64,000 nt of DNA from a virus. Below, piece after piece: positions 10,273-20,024 of this stretch. The stretch lies in the IMG/VR virus record IMGVR_UViG_3300017992_000023, positions 4,554 through 68,553 of that record. One strand, 5' to 3'. Made by a program: the position numbers and the translations under genes. The notes beneath the pieces were generated by a model. That model was not told the DNA's origin. It saw nothing but the letters and a program-made list of their open reading frames with translations, and did not search any database. How positions within the stretch are numbered: the stretch's first letter is position 1; every line of letters starts with the position of its first letter.

Positions 10273-11600
10273 TGGCTATTACAATCCCATATAACTTCCA
10301 ACCTAGAACTTATCAGCTAGATCTGATGAGAGCTATGGATAGCGGGATTAAGAGAGCTATTACTGTATGGCATCGCCGAGCAGGGAAGGATAAGACTCTT
10401 TTCAATATCCTGATCAAAAAGGCCTTTGAGAGGGTGGGGGTTTACTATTACTTCTTCCCAGAATTCGCTCAAGGCCGACGCGTTATTTGGGACGGTATCG
10501 ATGGTAATGGCTTTGCTTTTAGGGATCATATCCCGAAAGAACTAGTCAAACAGGCCCACGTAACTGATATGAAGATTCAGCTGGTTAACGGCTCAATTAT
10601 TCAGATCATCGGAACTGACAAGTATGATAAAGTCCGCGGATCTAATCCAGTTGGTTGCGTATTCTCTGAGTTTGCTTATCAGAATCCAGCAGCGTGGGAC
10701 GTTGTTCGTCCGATCCTCGGGGAAAATGGTGGATGGGCTGTATTTAACTCGACTCCATTCGGCAAGAACCACTTCTTCGATCTATACGAGCATGCAAAGC
10801 ACAATGAGAAGTGGTATACGGCTCTAGTGACTGTCGAAGACTCTCTCGATGAAGAGGGGAATCGTTACGTCCCGGAACATGTTATCGAAGAGGATAGGCT
10901 CTCTGGGATGGCAGAGGAGATGGTACAACAAGAGTACTACTGCTCCTTTACAGCTAACTCTCAGGGGTTCTATTACCTTGAGTACCTAACGAGAGCAGAG
11001 GAAGAGGATCGTATTGGTACTGTTCCATATTCTCCTGATATCCCTGTAGATACTTGGTGGGATATTGGAGTTGGAGACTCTACAGCTATCTGGTTTACCC
11101 AGACTGTAGGAAAAGAGATCCATGTAATTGACTATTATCAAAATAACAGTACTGGTCTTGAGCACTACGTGAAATACCTGCAGACTCTTCCGTATGTCTA
11201 CAATAGTCATAACTTCCCGCATGATATGGGACATACAGAGTTTGGTACTGGACGGACTCGAATGGAGATGGCTGAGAGCCTCTTCACTAACGTCCGCTTG
11301 AACATCCTCCCAAAAGTTGGACTAGAGGATGGTATTAACGCAGCTAGAATTATTCTCCCACGCTGTCATTTTGATAAAGAGAAGTGCGATCAGGGTCTTA
11401 AAGCCCTCTATAATTATCATAGAGAGTGGGATGATAAGGTCGCTGAGTACAAGAATAAACCGAAGCATGACTGGTCCTCTCATGGGGCAGATGCTTTTAG
11501 ATACTTTGCTGTAGGATTTGTGGCCCCTAAGAAACGCTCACACCGAGATGATATGCTCCGTAAACACCGCCGCGGCAACCGTTCCTGGCAAGCAGCTTAA
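10272..11600 (+). CDS. terL: Terminase large subunit
   Basis: Walker A WHRRAGKD, Walker B CVFSE, coupling motif NSTPFG, nuclease WDIG...D and HGADAFRY. Confidence 0.95.
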   Translation: MAITIPYNFQPRTYQLDLMRAMDSGIKRAITVWHRRAGKDKTLFNILIKKAFERVGVYYYFFPEFAQGRRVIWDGIDGNGFAFRDHIPKELVKQAHVTDMKIQLVNGSIIQIIGTDKYDKVRGSNPVGCVFSEFAYQNPAAWDVVRPILGENGGWAVFNSTPFGKNHFFDLYEHAKHNEKWYTALVTVEDSLDEEGNRYVPEHVIEEDRLSGMAEEMVQQEYYCSFTANSQGFYYLEYLTRAEEEDRIGTVPYSPDIPVDTWWDIGVGDSTAIWFTQTVGKEIHVIDYYQNNSTGLEHYVKYLQTLPYVYNSHNFPHDMGHTEFGTGRTRMEMAESLFTNVRLNILPKVGLEDGINAARIILPRCHFDKEKCDQGLKALYNYHREWDDKVAEYKNKPKHDWSSHGADAFRYFAVGFVAPKKRSHRDDMLRKHRRGNRSWQAA

Positions 11601-11609
11601 GAGATTCAT

Positions 11610-13622
11610 ATGAGTAGACTTACGAGAAAGAAACTAGCTAATGCACAGTGGGATCGCTATACGGCGAGTATGACCCGCGGACATCAGGCCTACCAGAAAC
11701 AAGCCAAACTGAATGAGGCCTTTTACCTAGGTGGTGGCCGACAGTGGGATGATGTGATCAAAGCAGACCTGGAAGGTAAAGGCAAGCCCTGGCTTGAAGA
11801 GAACATTATTTTCTCCACTGTAAACACAGTAATTGGGTATCAGACTCAATCAAGGATGGATATCGCCTATAAGCCAAGGGAGTTGAATGATCAAGAGACC
11901 TCTGATGTTCTTACCCAGGTCGGCATGTATACGGTAGATCGTAACAAGTTCCCTTGGAAAGAGTCTCAAGTTTTCTCTGATGGCATGATTCAGCAGAGAG
12001 GGTATTTCGATATCCGCATAGACTTTGAAGATAACATGAATGGGGATATCAAGATTGATACCCTTGACCCTCTCGATGTTATCCCAGACCCAGATGCTAA
12101 GAGTTACGATCCGGATGATTGGGCTGATGTAATGGTACTGAAATGGGTTCCTCTATCTGATATCAAAGAGACTTATGGACCAGCTAAGTATCGGGCAATT
12201 CTTAAGTCCCTCAATCAGAATGATGAGGCTGACTGGGGAGACGGGTCTGATGGATTCGGTGAGTCTCGTAATAAGTTCGGAGATGATTCTACCTACTTCT
12301 CATATTTCCGTGATGAAGGAGAAGAGGTCCATGTACGGATTATTGAGCGACAGCATTGGAAGATGCATAATCGTCCTTTCTACTATGATATCGATACTGG
12401 AGAACTCTATCCAGCACCAGATAAACTGACTGATGCGGAGTATAAGAAAGAAGCCAAAGCACAGGGCTATGAGTTCATTAAGCGAGTCTCAAAGAGAGTA
12501 CGCTGGACAGTCACCACAAAAGATGTTATACTACACGATGACTGGAGTCCCTACGAGCATTTCACAGTAGTTCCTTTCTTCCCCTATTTCCGTAGAGGTG
12601 TTACTCTAGGAATGGTGGATAATCTTATTAAGAGCCAGGAGATGCTCAATAAGGTCTACAGTCAAATTCTGCATGTAGTAAATACTACGGCCAACTCGGG
12701 TTGGACTGTTGAAGAGAATACTCTGACCAATATGGATACAGAGGATCTTGAAGATCGGGGGGCAGAAACTGGTCTTGTCATAGAACATAAAAGAGGCTCC
12801 GAAGCTCCTAAAAAGATCGAGCCTAACCCAATTCCTGCAGGTCTTAAGGACCTAGTGACAAGCGCAGTCGATCTGATCCGATTGATTAGTGGTGTTTCAG
12901 AGACCTTCCAAGGAGGCAAAGGCCCGGAGGTATCCGGCACTGCAATTCAATCTCGGGTCCAACAGTCAGCTATCCAGCTGGCCACCCCTATTGATAATCT
13001 GTTCAGAACACGTAATATGATTGCTGAGCGGATGCTTAAGCTTATCCAGAGCTTCTATACTGACCAACGAGCTTTCTTGATTGTCGGTGAGGATGAAGAG
13101 GACGCTGAGCCTAAGGAACTCGTTATCAATGAGGCCCTTGAAGAGACTAGTGAGATCTTGAATGATGTAACTAAAGGACGCTACGATGTTGTCATCGCTG
13201 ATGTCCCGACTCAGATCACCTTCCAGAATGCTCAAATGGCGCAAGCTATCGAACTCCGTAAGTATGGAGTAGCTATCCCGGATGATGAGATGGTGCGTAT
13301 GTCCACCCTCACCAGAAAGGATAAAATAGCTGGTAAGATCTCAGGAGAGAAGTCAGAGGAAGCTCAGCAGATTGAAAGAGAGCAACTCGAACTGACCTTG
13401 AAGAATATGGCTGCAGCCATTGAAGATCTCCAGTCTAAGGCTAATAAGGCTAACGTAGAGGCAGCTGCTAAGGCGACTGAGGTAGCCCAAGCTATCGCAG
13501 AGAATCCTTCAATAGCTCCACTGATTGATACCCTGTTGAATACTTACTCCGAGGATCCCGGTGCTGTTGAAGAACCAGCAGAAATGCCTGTCCCGGAGCC
13601 TTCACCCACGCTAGGATTTTAA
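11610..13622 (+). CDS. Portal protein (P22-like)
   Basis: 670 aa directly after terL; FY.GG.QW, VIPDPDA...D..DW, SG.AI..R motifs; coiled-coil C-terminus. Confidence 0.9.
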   Translation: MSRLTRKKLANAQWDRYTASMTRGHQAYQKQAKLNEAFYLGGGRQWDDVIKADLEGKGKPWLEENIIFSTVNTVIGYQTQSRMDIAYKPRELNDQETSDVLTQVGMYTVDRNKFPWKESQVFSDGMIQQRGYFDIRIDFEDNMNGDIKIDTLDPLDVIPDPDAKSYDPDDWADVMVLKWVPLSDIKETYGPAKYRAILKSLNQNDEADWGDGSDGFGESRNKFGDDSTYFSYFRDEGEEVHVRIIERQHWKMHNRPFYYDIDTGELYPAPDKLTDAEYKKEAKAQGYEFIKRVSKRVRWTVTTKDVILHDDWSPYEHFTVVPFFPYFRRGVTLGMVDNLIKSQEMLNKVYSQILHVVNTTANSGWTVEENTLTNMDTEDLEDRGAETGLVIEHKRGSEAPKKIEPNPIPAGLKDLVTSAVDLIRLISGVSETFQGGKGPEVSGTAIQSRVQQSAIQLATPIDNLFRTRNMIAERMLKLIQSFYTDQRAFLIVGEDEEDAEPKELVINEALEETSEILNDVTKGRYDVVIADVPTQITFQNAQMAQAIELRKYGVAIPDDEMVRMSTLTRKDKIAGKISGEKSEEAQQIEREQLELTLKNMAAAIEDLQSKANKANVEAAAKATEVAQAIAENPSIAPLIDTLLNTYSEDPGAVEEPAEMPVPEPSPTLGF

Positions 13623-13623
13623 C

Positions 13624-13752
13624 ATGAAAGATGAAGAGAAACAGAAAAAGACCGTCGGCAAGAAAGCTGCTGACGCCATGAAGAAACGTAAGAAGAAGTC
13701 CCGTCAAAGACTCGGTGATATTATGGGAGCGATTAGAGGCGCTCGTCGCTAA
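13624..13752 (+). CDS. Small, highly basic protein (42 aa; below ORF-track cutoff)
   Basis: MKDEEKQKKTVGKKAADAMKKRKKKSRQRLGDIMGAIRGARR*, AGGA upstream, starts 1 nt after the portal stop. Confidence 0.6.
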   Translation: MKDEEKQKKTVGKKAADAMKKRKKKSRQRLGDIMGAIRGARR

Positions 13753-13842
13753 GCCAAATTCGCCACATAGTGTGGCATTCGTTTGCACTACGTTAAAGTG
13801 CGCAAGTCGTCAACGCAGACGTTAACAGTAAAGGAAAATTTT

Positions 13843-14847
13843 ATGGCTGATGAAAAAGACTACGAGGAAGAGGTTGATCGCGGAGACGTGTTCATTCCGG
13901 ATGATGAAGAAGTCACTGAGCTTGATGAGCTTGAGGATGACGAAGAGCTCGAAGAAGATGATGAAGAGCTAGAGGACGAAGACGATGAGGAAGTGCTCGA
14001 AGAAGACGAAGAAGACGAACCCGAAGAAGACGAAGATGATGACGAGGAGGAAGATGAGGAAGATGAAGGAGACGAGGAAGAAGCTCGGATCCCTCGGTCC
14101 CGCCTGAATCAAGTCATTAACGAGCGTGAAGCTGAACGAGAGCGAAGCGCTTGGTTGGAAGAGCAGAACGAGCGTTTGATTGAACTTCTGACTACATCAC
14201 AAGGAACGGTTCAAGAGGCTCCTCCAGCACCGAAAGAACCTCCGTATGATTTCGATGGTAAAGAAGAAGAGTACGCCGAACTGATTATTGATGGTGAAAC
14301 GGCTAAAGCTGCTAAGCTCCGCAATGAGATCACCGCAGCTCGTGAGAAACAGCTGACTGAGCAAATTAGAGCAGCTAAAGAAGAGGCATCCTCTGATGCT
14401 TATACTAAGGCTGAAGCTGCACGAGAAGAAGATCGTTTCCAAAAGGCTATCCAGTCTTCTATCGAGTCCTATGATTTCTTGGATGACGCTTCTGATGCAT
14501 ACGATGAACGAGCTGTCACTGCAGTTAATGCTATGATGCAGGGTAATATTGCTGGTGGTATGACTAAGTCTAAGGCACTTCAGGAAGCAGTAGCTGAATT
14601 AGGACCTCTTTATGCAAAGAAACTTGGAATTAAAGAAGAGCCTAAAAAAGAATCCCTCGGTAAAAAGAGAACCAAAACCGCTAGGAAGAAAGCGGCAAAA
14701 GCCTCTCAACAACAGCCCCCGGCGACTAAAAGGGCTGCTAAAGGGAAGGCATCTCGTGATCTTGATACTCTTGACCTAGCTAAGATGTCTGAATCCGAGT
14801 ACAACAAATTGACCCTACGTGAGCGTAAAGCTCTCCGCGGCGATTAA
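13843..14847 (+). CDS. Capsid scaffolding protein
   Basis: Likely start ATG 13843 (AAGGA RBS); long D/E tract, RIPRSRLNQV motif, coiled coil, C-terminal MSESEY..L...LRGD; lies between portal and capsid genes. Confidence 0.85.
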   Translation: MADEKDYEEEVDRGDVFIPDDEEVTELDELEDDEELEEDDEELEDEDDEEVLEEDEEDEPEEDEDDDEEEDEEDEGDEEEARIPRSRLNQVINEREAERERSAWLEEQNERLIELLTTSQGTVQEAPPAPKEPPYDFDGKEEEYAELIIDGETAKAAKLRNEITAAREKQLTEQIRAAKEEASSDAYTKAEAAREEDRFQKAIQSSIESYDFLDDASDAYDERAVTAVNAMMQGNIAGGMTKSKALQEAVAELGPLYAKKLGIKEEPKKESLGKKRTKTARKKAAKASQQQPPATKRAAKGKASRDLDTLDLAKMSESEYNKLTLRERKALRGD

Positions 14848-14969
14848 TAAAAGGCCCCTTGAAGCCTTAATTCATGTTTCAGGTATGATTCGACCGTTAA
14901 CGAAATCCGGCGTCGACTCCGAAATGTCTAACTTAACTACTAATTAAATTTGATATAGGAGAAGCAATA

Positions 14970-16085
14970 ATGGCTTTAACTAACTTTGCTGCTTTGACTC
15001 CGGAGCAGAAGATTGTCTGGAGTCGCGATGTATGGCGCGATGCGCGTGATATGTCCTTCATCAACAAGTTCACTGGTACCGACGAGAACAACGTCATCCA
15101 GCGTATCACCGAACTTACTAAGACCGAGAAAGGCGAAAAGGTACTGATGCACCTGTTGGCTGATCTGGTTGATGACGGCGTTATCGGCGACAATGAGCGC
15201 GAAGGTAACGAAGAAGAGATGATGACCTACACCGATGACATCACCATTGATCTCATCTCTCATGGTGTTCGTCAGAAAGGTAAGCTGGCTGACCAGAAGA
15301 CCGTAGTCTCCTTCCGTGAGCATGCTCGCGACGTACTGGCCTACTGGCTGGCTAACCGTATGGACCAACTGGCGTTCCTGACTATGGCTGGTATCGGCTA
15401 TGACAAGAACAACGATGGTTCTGCTCGTGCCTCTGGTGCTTTCGCATCCTTGGCCTTCGCTAGTGATGTAGCCGCTCCGACCGGTAACCGTCACTACATG
15501 GTTAAGAATGATGGTGCTGGTACTGTATCTATTGCCCCTGGTAATACTGCAGGCCTGGAAGCTACCGACACTCTGACCTACGAGCACATCGTAGATCTGA
15601 CCACTCTGGCTAAGACCAACTACATCAAGCCTCTGATGGCTGGTGGTAAAGAGTACTACGTGGCGTTTGTACGTCCCGAGGCTCTGGCTCAGCTGAAGAA
15701 GGATCAGGACTTCCAACGTGCTGTTGTTACTGGTCTGCCGCGTTCTGATAAGAACCCGTTCTTCTCTGGCGGTACTGTAACCGTTGATGGTCTGGTCTTC
15801 CATGAGCATCGTCTGGTTTACAACACCAAAGGCGCTACCTCTGGCGTAGACAAGTGGGGCTCTGGCTCTGATGTTGACGGTTCTCGTATGGTCATCGCTG
15901 GTGCTCAGGGTCTCGGCATGGCCGACCTTGGCGCTCCGGAATGGTCTGAGAAGTTGTTCAACTACGACAGCTCTCCGGGTATCAACGTCGATAAGATGTT
16001 CGGTCTCCTGAAGCCGAAGTACTACACTAACTACTCGAAGTCTATCGAAGACTTTGGTATCATGTGTGTAGACCACGCGGTCTAA
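14970..16085 (+). CDS. Major capsid protein, N4-gp56 family
   Basis: MALTNFAAL, IQRITEL.K..KG, L.ADL..DGV.GDN..EGNEE, LA.W.A.R.DQLAFLT; strong codon bias; AGGAG RBS. Confidence 0.92.
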   Translation: MALTNFAALTPEQKIVWSRDVWRDARDMSFINKFTGTDENNVIQRITELTKTEKGEKVLMHLLADLVDDGVIGDNEREGNEEEMMTYTDDITIDLISHGVRQKGKLADQKTVVSFREHARDVLAYWLANRMDQLAFLTMAGIGYDKNNDGSARASGAFASLAFASDVAAPTGNRHYMVKNDGAGTVSIAPGNTAGLEATDTLTYEHIVDLTTLAKTNYIKPLMAGGKEYYVAFVRPEALAQLKKDQDFQRAVVTGLPRSDKNPFFSGGTVTVDGLVFHEHRLVYNTKGATSGVDKWGSGSDVDGSRMVIAGAQGLGMADLGAPEWSEKLFNYDSSPGINVDKMFGLLKPKYYTNYSKSIEDFGIMCVDHAV

Positions 16086-16096
16086 AGCAACCTAAT

Positions 16097-16146
16097 CTAC
16101 TGGCCTCTTTGATGCTGTGAGGTCAGTAGCATCCGTTAACAGCATC
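16097..16146 (+). promoter_or_regulatory. H-type RNA pseudoknot between the capsid stop and the next RBS
   Basis: S1 16097-16107/16119-16129 (11 bp), S2 16111-16118/16139-16146 (8 bp, all Watson-Crick). Confidence 0.6.
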
Positions 16147-16165
16147 CTATTTAGGAGCTAATATT

Positions 16166-16552
16166 ATGGCTATTGTTAAAAACCCGGGTCGTCAGGAAGT
16201 AATCTGTGCGGTCCAAAAGATTGATGGTGCTACTCTCGGTGCTGCTGCTGCTAACGAAGCAGTAGACCTGCCGGAAGGTGCCATTGTAGTTGGCGGTTAT
16301 CTCAACGTAACCGAAGCGTTTACCGGTGGTGCTGATATCACTCTGGCTGTCTCTGGCGGTGGTGTAACCCTCACTGCTACTGATGCAGATACTGGTACCT
16401 CTTCCAATGGTCTGACCGTTGATGGTTCGGTTGTTGGTGCTGGTGGCGATGTAATCAGCGTGACCAATGCTGGTACTACCCCGACCGGTGGTACTGCGTA
16501 TCTGGTTGTTGAATACGTTGTAGAAGGCCGTGCAGCTTTCTCTGAAGGTTAA
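16166..16552 (+). CDS. Putative capsid decoration/cement protein (paralog 1)
   Basis: 128 aa small beta protein after the capsid gene; NPGRQE motif; capsid-like codon bias. Confidence 0.65.
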   Translation: MAIVKNPGRQEVICAVQKIDGATLGAAAANEAVDLPEGAIVVGGYLNVTEAFTGGADITLAVSGGGVTLTATDADTGTSSNGLTVDGSVVGAGGDVISVTNAGTTPTGGTAYLVVEYVVEGRAAFSEG

Positions 16553-16570
16553 TAAGCCCTCGTAGCTTTT

Positions 16571-16597
16571 CCCGGCCCTTCGGGGCTGGGTTTTTCT
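16571..16597 (+). terminator. Intrinsic terminator
   Basis: CCCGGCCC-TTCG-GGGCTGGG followed by TTTTTCT. Confidence 0.9.
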
Positions 16598-16609
16598 AAG
16601 GAATTATAT

Positions 16610-16999
16610 ATGGCACAAACATTAGAATGTGGCTTAATGAACCCAGGCAGACAGGAGATGATTGTCGCTACTGCTAGTTTTTGGTTTAGCGATGTTAAGT
16701 CTACAGATCCTTTCCCAGCAGTTCAGTTGCCGCCTAAAGCCGCTATCCTTAGAGGAAAGTTTGCTATAGAAGAGGCTTTTGATGTTGCTACATCTCTGAC
16801 CATCTCTGTTAATGGCACAGAAATTTTAACTGACCAAAACTTAAATAACGTAGAGATTGTTGACTTAGCACCTTACTGTGCTGTGAGTCCTAATCCTGAA
16901 ACAGTCAACTTACAACTAAACCAAGTCCCTACACAAGGGTTTGCTAGATTTACTGTCGAGTATATTGTAATTGGTAGAGCTAGCTTTACACAAGATTAA
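16610..16999 (+). CDS. Putative capsid decoration/cement protein (paralog 2)
   Basis: 129 aa; shares NPGRQE, V.LP..A, EAF and VEY.V.GRA.F with 16166..16552. Confidence 0.6.
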   Translation: MAQTLECGLMNPGRQEMIVATASFWFSDVKSTDPFPAVQLPPKAAILRGKFAIEEAFDVATSLTISVNGTEILTDQNLNNVEIVDLAPYCAVSPNPETVNLQLNQVPTQGFARFTVEYIVIGRASFTQD

Positions 17000-17019
17000 A
17001 CTTTTACGAGGAGTTTATT

Positions 17020-17451
17020 ATGAGATTTAGAAGTCAATCAGATGAGGTAGTACGTATCGCTAATACTAGCGGGCATGTAGCAGTCGTAGGTCCTGAATGG
17101 ACCAACGTACATAAGAGCCTAGAAGCCGACGCTTACGCTGCTGGTCTTATCTCTCAGAACATGACTAAAGACCGGGCTATCAAGCAAGTCCCTGATAGCA
17201 TGGTAGAAGGAATGTCCAAAATCGCTCTTGAGAAGGAGCAAGTAAAATCACTCATTAAGAAGTGGTACACTAACCTCTCTGAGTATGAGCATTGCTTCAA
17301 GAAGAATAATGAGCCTGCTATGACTGAGATCACTAAAGCTCTTGGATTTAAGACCCAAGCTGGATATGTAGCTCAAATGGCTCATGAAGTACGACAAGAA
17401 CTAGGTATCCCGAAAGGCCATCTGAAGCCTTTGACTGAAGCTGAGGAATAA
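17020..17451 (+). CDS. Hypothetical protein (head-tail region)
   Basis: 143 aa with GAGGAG RBS. Confidence 0.6.
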   Translation: MRFRSQSDEVVRIANTSGHVAVVGPEWTNVHKSLEADAYAAGLISQNMTKDRAIKQVPDSMVEGMSKIALEKEQVKSLIKKWYTNLSEYEHCFKKNNEPAMTEITKALGFKTQAGYVAQMAHEVRQELGIPKGHLKPLTEAEE

Positions 17452-18159
17452 TTGATGCTCCTGCTAGACCAAATCAAATTTCTGCGTGAATCCATCTTGG
17501 ATGACATCGGTGGTACTGGTGTGGATTGGCAGGACATTAATGAGACTCAAGCGGAGTCCTCCCAGCTTCGCTGGACTAATGAAGAACTAGCCTTCTTCCT
17601 TACTCAGGCTGAACGTGAAGTTGCTAGACGAGCTAAGCTGCTGAAAGATACCACTGGAAACTACGATATCACTACTGTAGCTGACCAGATGGAATACCCA
17701 TTGGACGAGAAAGTTCTCCGTGTAATTCATGCAGAGATTGATGGAAAGCCTCTGGCTGATAAAGAAATAGAAGAGATCTACAAGACCTACCGGTGGAAAG
17801 AGCGAAAGGGGACCCCTCAAGTCATTATCACTGATCATAGCGCTAGATCTGTTAGCCTGTGGCCTATTCCAGATGCAGTCTTCACCGCGGAACTCATTGT
17901 ATACCGTCTTCCGCTAGTGGACCTTGATTGGGATCTTGCAGATTCTCAGAGCCCTGAGATCCCTGAGATGCATCATTTCCCGATGATTAACTACGCAGCT
18001 TACTTGGCGTATATGAAAGATGAGGCTAATGCTCTTGATCCTACTAGGGCTGCTCAGTATAAAGGCCTTTTCGATACCGATTATCCGGATCAAACTTGGT
18101 CTGCAGAAATGCGTAAGATGCGTAATAGGGGCCGAACCGTTAAGTATGGGGGTCTTTGA
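17452..18159 (+). CDS. Head-tail adaptor / tail tubular protein A-like
   Basis: WTNEEL..FL..A.RE, SLWPIPD, PEIP..HH....YAAY.AY.KD motifs typical of podovirus adaptors. Confidence 0.75.
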   Translation: MMLLLDQIKFLRESILDDIGGTGVDWQDINETQAESSQLRWTNEELAFFLTQAEREVARRAKLLKDTTGNYDITTVADQMEYPLDEKVLRVIHAEIDGKPLADKEIEEIYKTYRWKERKGTPQVIITDHSARSVSLWPIPDAVFTAELIVYRLPLVDLDWDLADSQSPEIPEMHHFPMINYAAYLAYMKDEANALDPTRAAQYKGLFDTDYPDQTWSAEMRKMRNRGRTVKYGGL

Positions 18160-19436
18160 TGCCTCAACACCCTAAGACAGTTGGCATAGCTTCATTCAAG
18201 GGACTCAACAATGTCCTGAGACCAGAGCGTACTCCAAAAGAGTACTTGAAGACTGCTGATAATGTTGACATTGATAAGTCAGGTGGGATCCAGAAACGAG
18301 AGGGCTATACCCTAATCGACTCTGGGTCCTACCATTCTGTTTGGGCCGATGGAAACCTTTGCTTCGCTGTGAAAGACGGAGATTTAGTTCAGCTAGATCC
18401 TCAACTTAACCCGACAGTGGTTGTCCCAAATGTCGGCTTAGATCCTATCTCTTACTTCCGTATTGAAAACTCTGTCTACTACAGCTCTCGAAGTGTTAAT
18501 GGGGTCTTAGAGAATGGAACTTCTAGAGACTGGGGAATCTCACGACCGAATCCCTATCCTACACTCAGTCAGGTTACTGGGAGCTTAGAGTCAGGTAAGT
18601 ATCAAGTAGCTATTACTTACGCTAGTATTGATGGTCGCGAGTCTGGAGCTAGAGTCTCGGGGGAGATTGAGGTCTCTACAGGATCTGGCATTCAGCTCTC
18701 TGGTATCCCCGAGTCAGAAGATCCGACTGTTGACATGGTCAATATCTATATGTCTCATGATAATGGACAGGTGCTTTACTATAAGGCCTCTGTATCTAAT
18801 GGGACATCCAGCTATGTACTGGCGGATGATACTGGCCTAAGGCGTCCACTAGACACCTTCAACCAAGTTCCAGCTCCGAAAGGTCACATAGTCGCACAGG
18901 CTCATAGCCGTGCTTGGATTGCTGAAGACAATTATCTATGGCATAGTGATCCATTTCAATATGAGCACTTCTCTCTGGCAGACAGCTATATCCACTTCCC
19001 AGATAGAATACGAGCAGTGATGCCAGTTGAAGGGGGTCTTTGGGTGGCCTCCGATGGTCTATACTATTTAGCAGGAGAAGATCCTGAGAGAATGGATCTA
19101 GATCTCAAAGAGCCTATTAAAGTCGTGGAGGGGTCAGCTGTACGTATCCCAGGAGCTTATGTCTTTATTGAGAATACTCCTATAGGATACAAGTGGATCA
19201 TTTCTTCAAATAGGGGAATCTACGTTCTGTTCAATGACGGGATTGCCCTTAATATGACCTCCCAGAACTATGAGTTCCCTAGTGCCGATGAGGGAGCAGC
19301 GACATTCATGCAAGTAGACGGATTGAACAAATACATCTCCTTACTTAAGCAACCTAAGAGTGATTCAGAGAATGCTACAGTAGGAGATCTAGTAACAGCG
19401 ACTATTATCCGAAATGGAGTAGTTGTTCCTGAGTAA
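18159..19436 (+). CDS. Tail nozzle/tubular protein B-like
   Basis: N-terminal F.G.NN...A.NVDI...G....R.G motif, beta-propeller-like body, follows the adaptor. Confidence 0.65.
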   Translation: MPQHPKTVGIASFKGLNNVLRPERTPKEYLKTADNVDIDKSGGIQKREGYTLIDSGSYHSVWADGNLCFAVKDGDLVQLDPQLNPTVVVPNVGLDPISYFRIENSVYYSSRSVNGVLENGTSRDWGISRPNPYPTLSQVTGSLESGKYQVAITYASIDGRESGARVSGEIEVSTGSGIQLSGIPESEDPTVDMVNIYMSHDNGQVLYYKASVSNGTSSYVLADDTGLRRPLDTFNQVPAPKGHIVAQAHSRAWIAEDNYLWHSDPFQYEHFSLADSYIHFPDRIRAVMPVEGGLWVASDGLYYLAGEDPERMDLDLKEPIKVVEGSAVRIPGAYVFIENTPIGYKWIISSNRGIYVLFNDGIALNMTSQNYEFPSADEGAATFMQVDGLNKYISLLKQPKSDSENATVGDLVTATIIRNGVVVPE

Positions 19437-19451
19437 TCACTGGAGATTGTA

Positions 19452-20024
19452 ATGGATAAGAATATCATGCAAGAAATCCTTCGTGGAAAGTTCGAACAGA
19501 ACGACGAAGGTGGTATGTACCTCCCTGGTGCAAAAGTTAATATCGGCGGTGTGTTCGCTAACTGGCTCAACGATGATGTAGAAGATACCCAGTACTCTGG
19601 GAATATCGTAGTTGACGAAGGTTTGAACCATATCCTGGATGTTGCCCTGTCTAATGCCACCCAAGAGTCTACTTGGTATGTTGGTATTTACAAAAATAAC
19701 TACACCCCGGTAGCAGGTGATACTGCATCTGTTTTTGCTGGTGCAGGTAAGGGGAATGAGATCAATTCAGAGATCGACGAGATTGTCCGTCCGACTTTCG
19801 TTGATGCCGGAGCTTCTGGTAAGATCATTACTAACACCGCTAGTCCTGCAGTCTTCACTGCTAACCAAGCTGTCACCGCTTATGGTGCATTCTTGATCAG
19901 TGACAATGTCTTGGGCGGTTTGACTGGTGTCCTGTGCTCTGCATCCTTGTTTGCTTCTCAGCGTGACATGGTTGATACGGATGTTCTGAACGTCACCTAT
20001 CAGCTGCAGATTGCTGACGCTTAA
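19452..20024 (+). CDS. Virion structural protein (fibre/filament subunit-like)
   Basis: NIVVDEGLNHILD, WYVG, AYGAFL, DVLNVTY; loosely similar to 1959..2411. Confidence 0.6.
   Translation: MDKNIMQEILRGKFEQNDEGGMYLPGAKVNIGGVFANWLNDDVEDTQYSGNIVVDEGLNHILDVALSNATQESTWYVGIYKNNYTPVAGDTASVFAGAGKGNEINSEIDEIVRPTFVDAGASGKIITNTASPAVFTANQAVTAYGAFLISDNVLGGLTGVLCSASLFASQRDMVDTDVLNVTYQLQIADA

Noticed and set aside
13900-14085. GAA/GAT/GAC low-complexity repeat tract
   Set aside because: It encodes the acidic scaffold N-terminus; not a DNA repeat element or array
14976-16076. 366-aa antisense ORF spanning the capsid gene
   Set aside because: It mirrors the capsid gene codon for codon; expected from strong codon bias, with no RBS or protein motifs
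16080-16166. Readthrough or frameshift extending the capsid protein into the next gene via the pseudoknot
   Set aside because: Frame 0 stops at 16110, the -1 frame at 16118 and the +1 frame at 16093; no slippery heptamer
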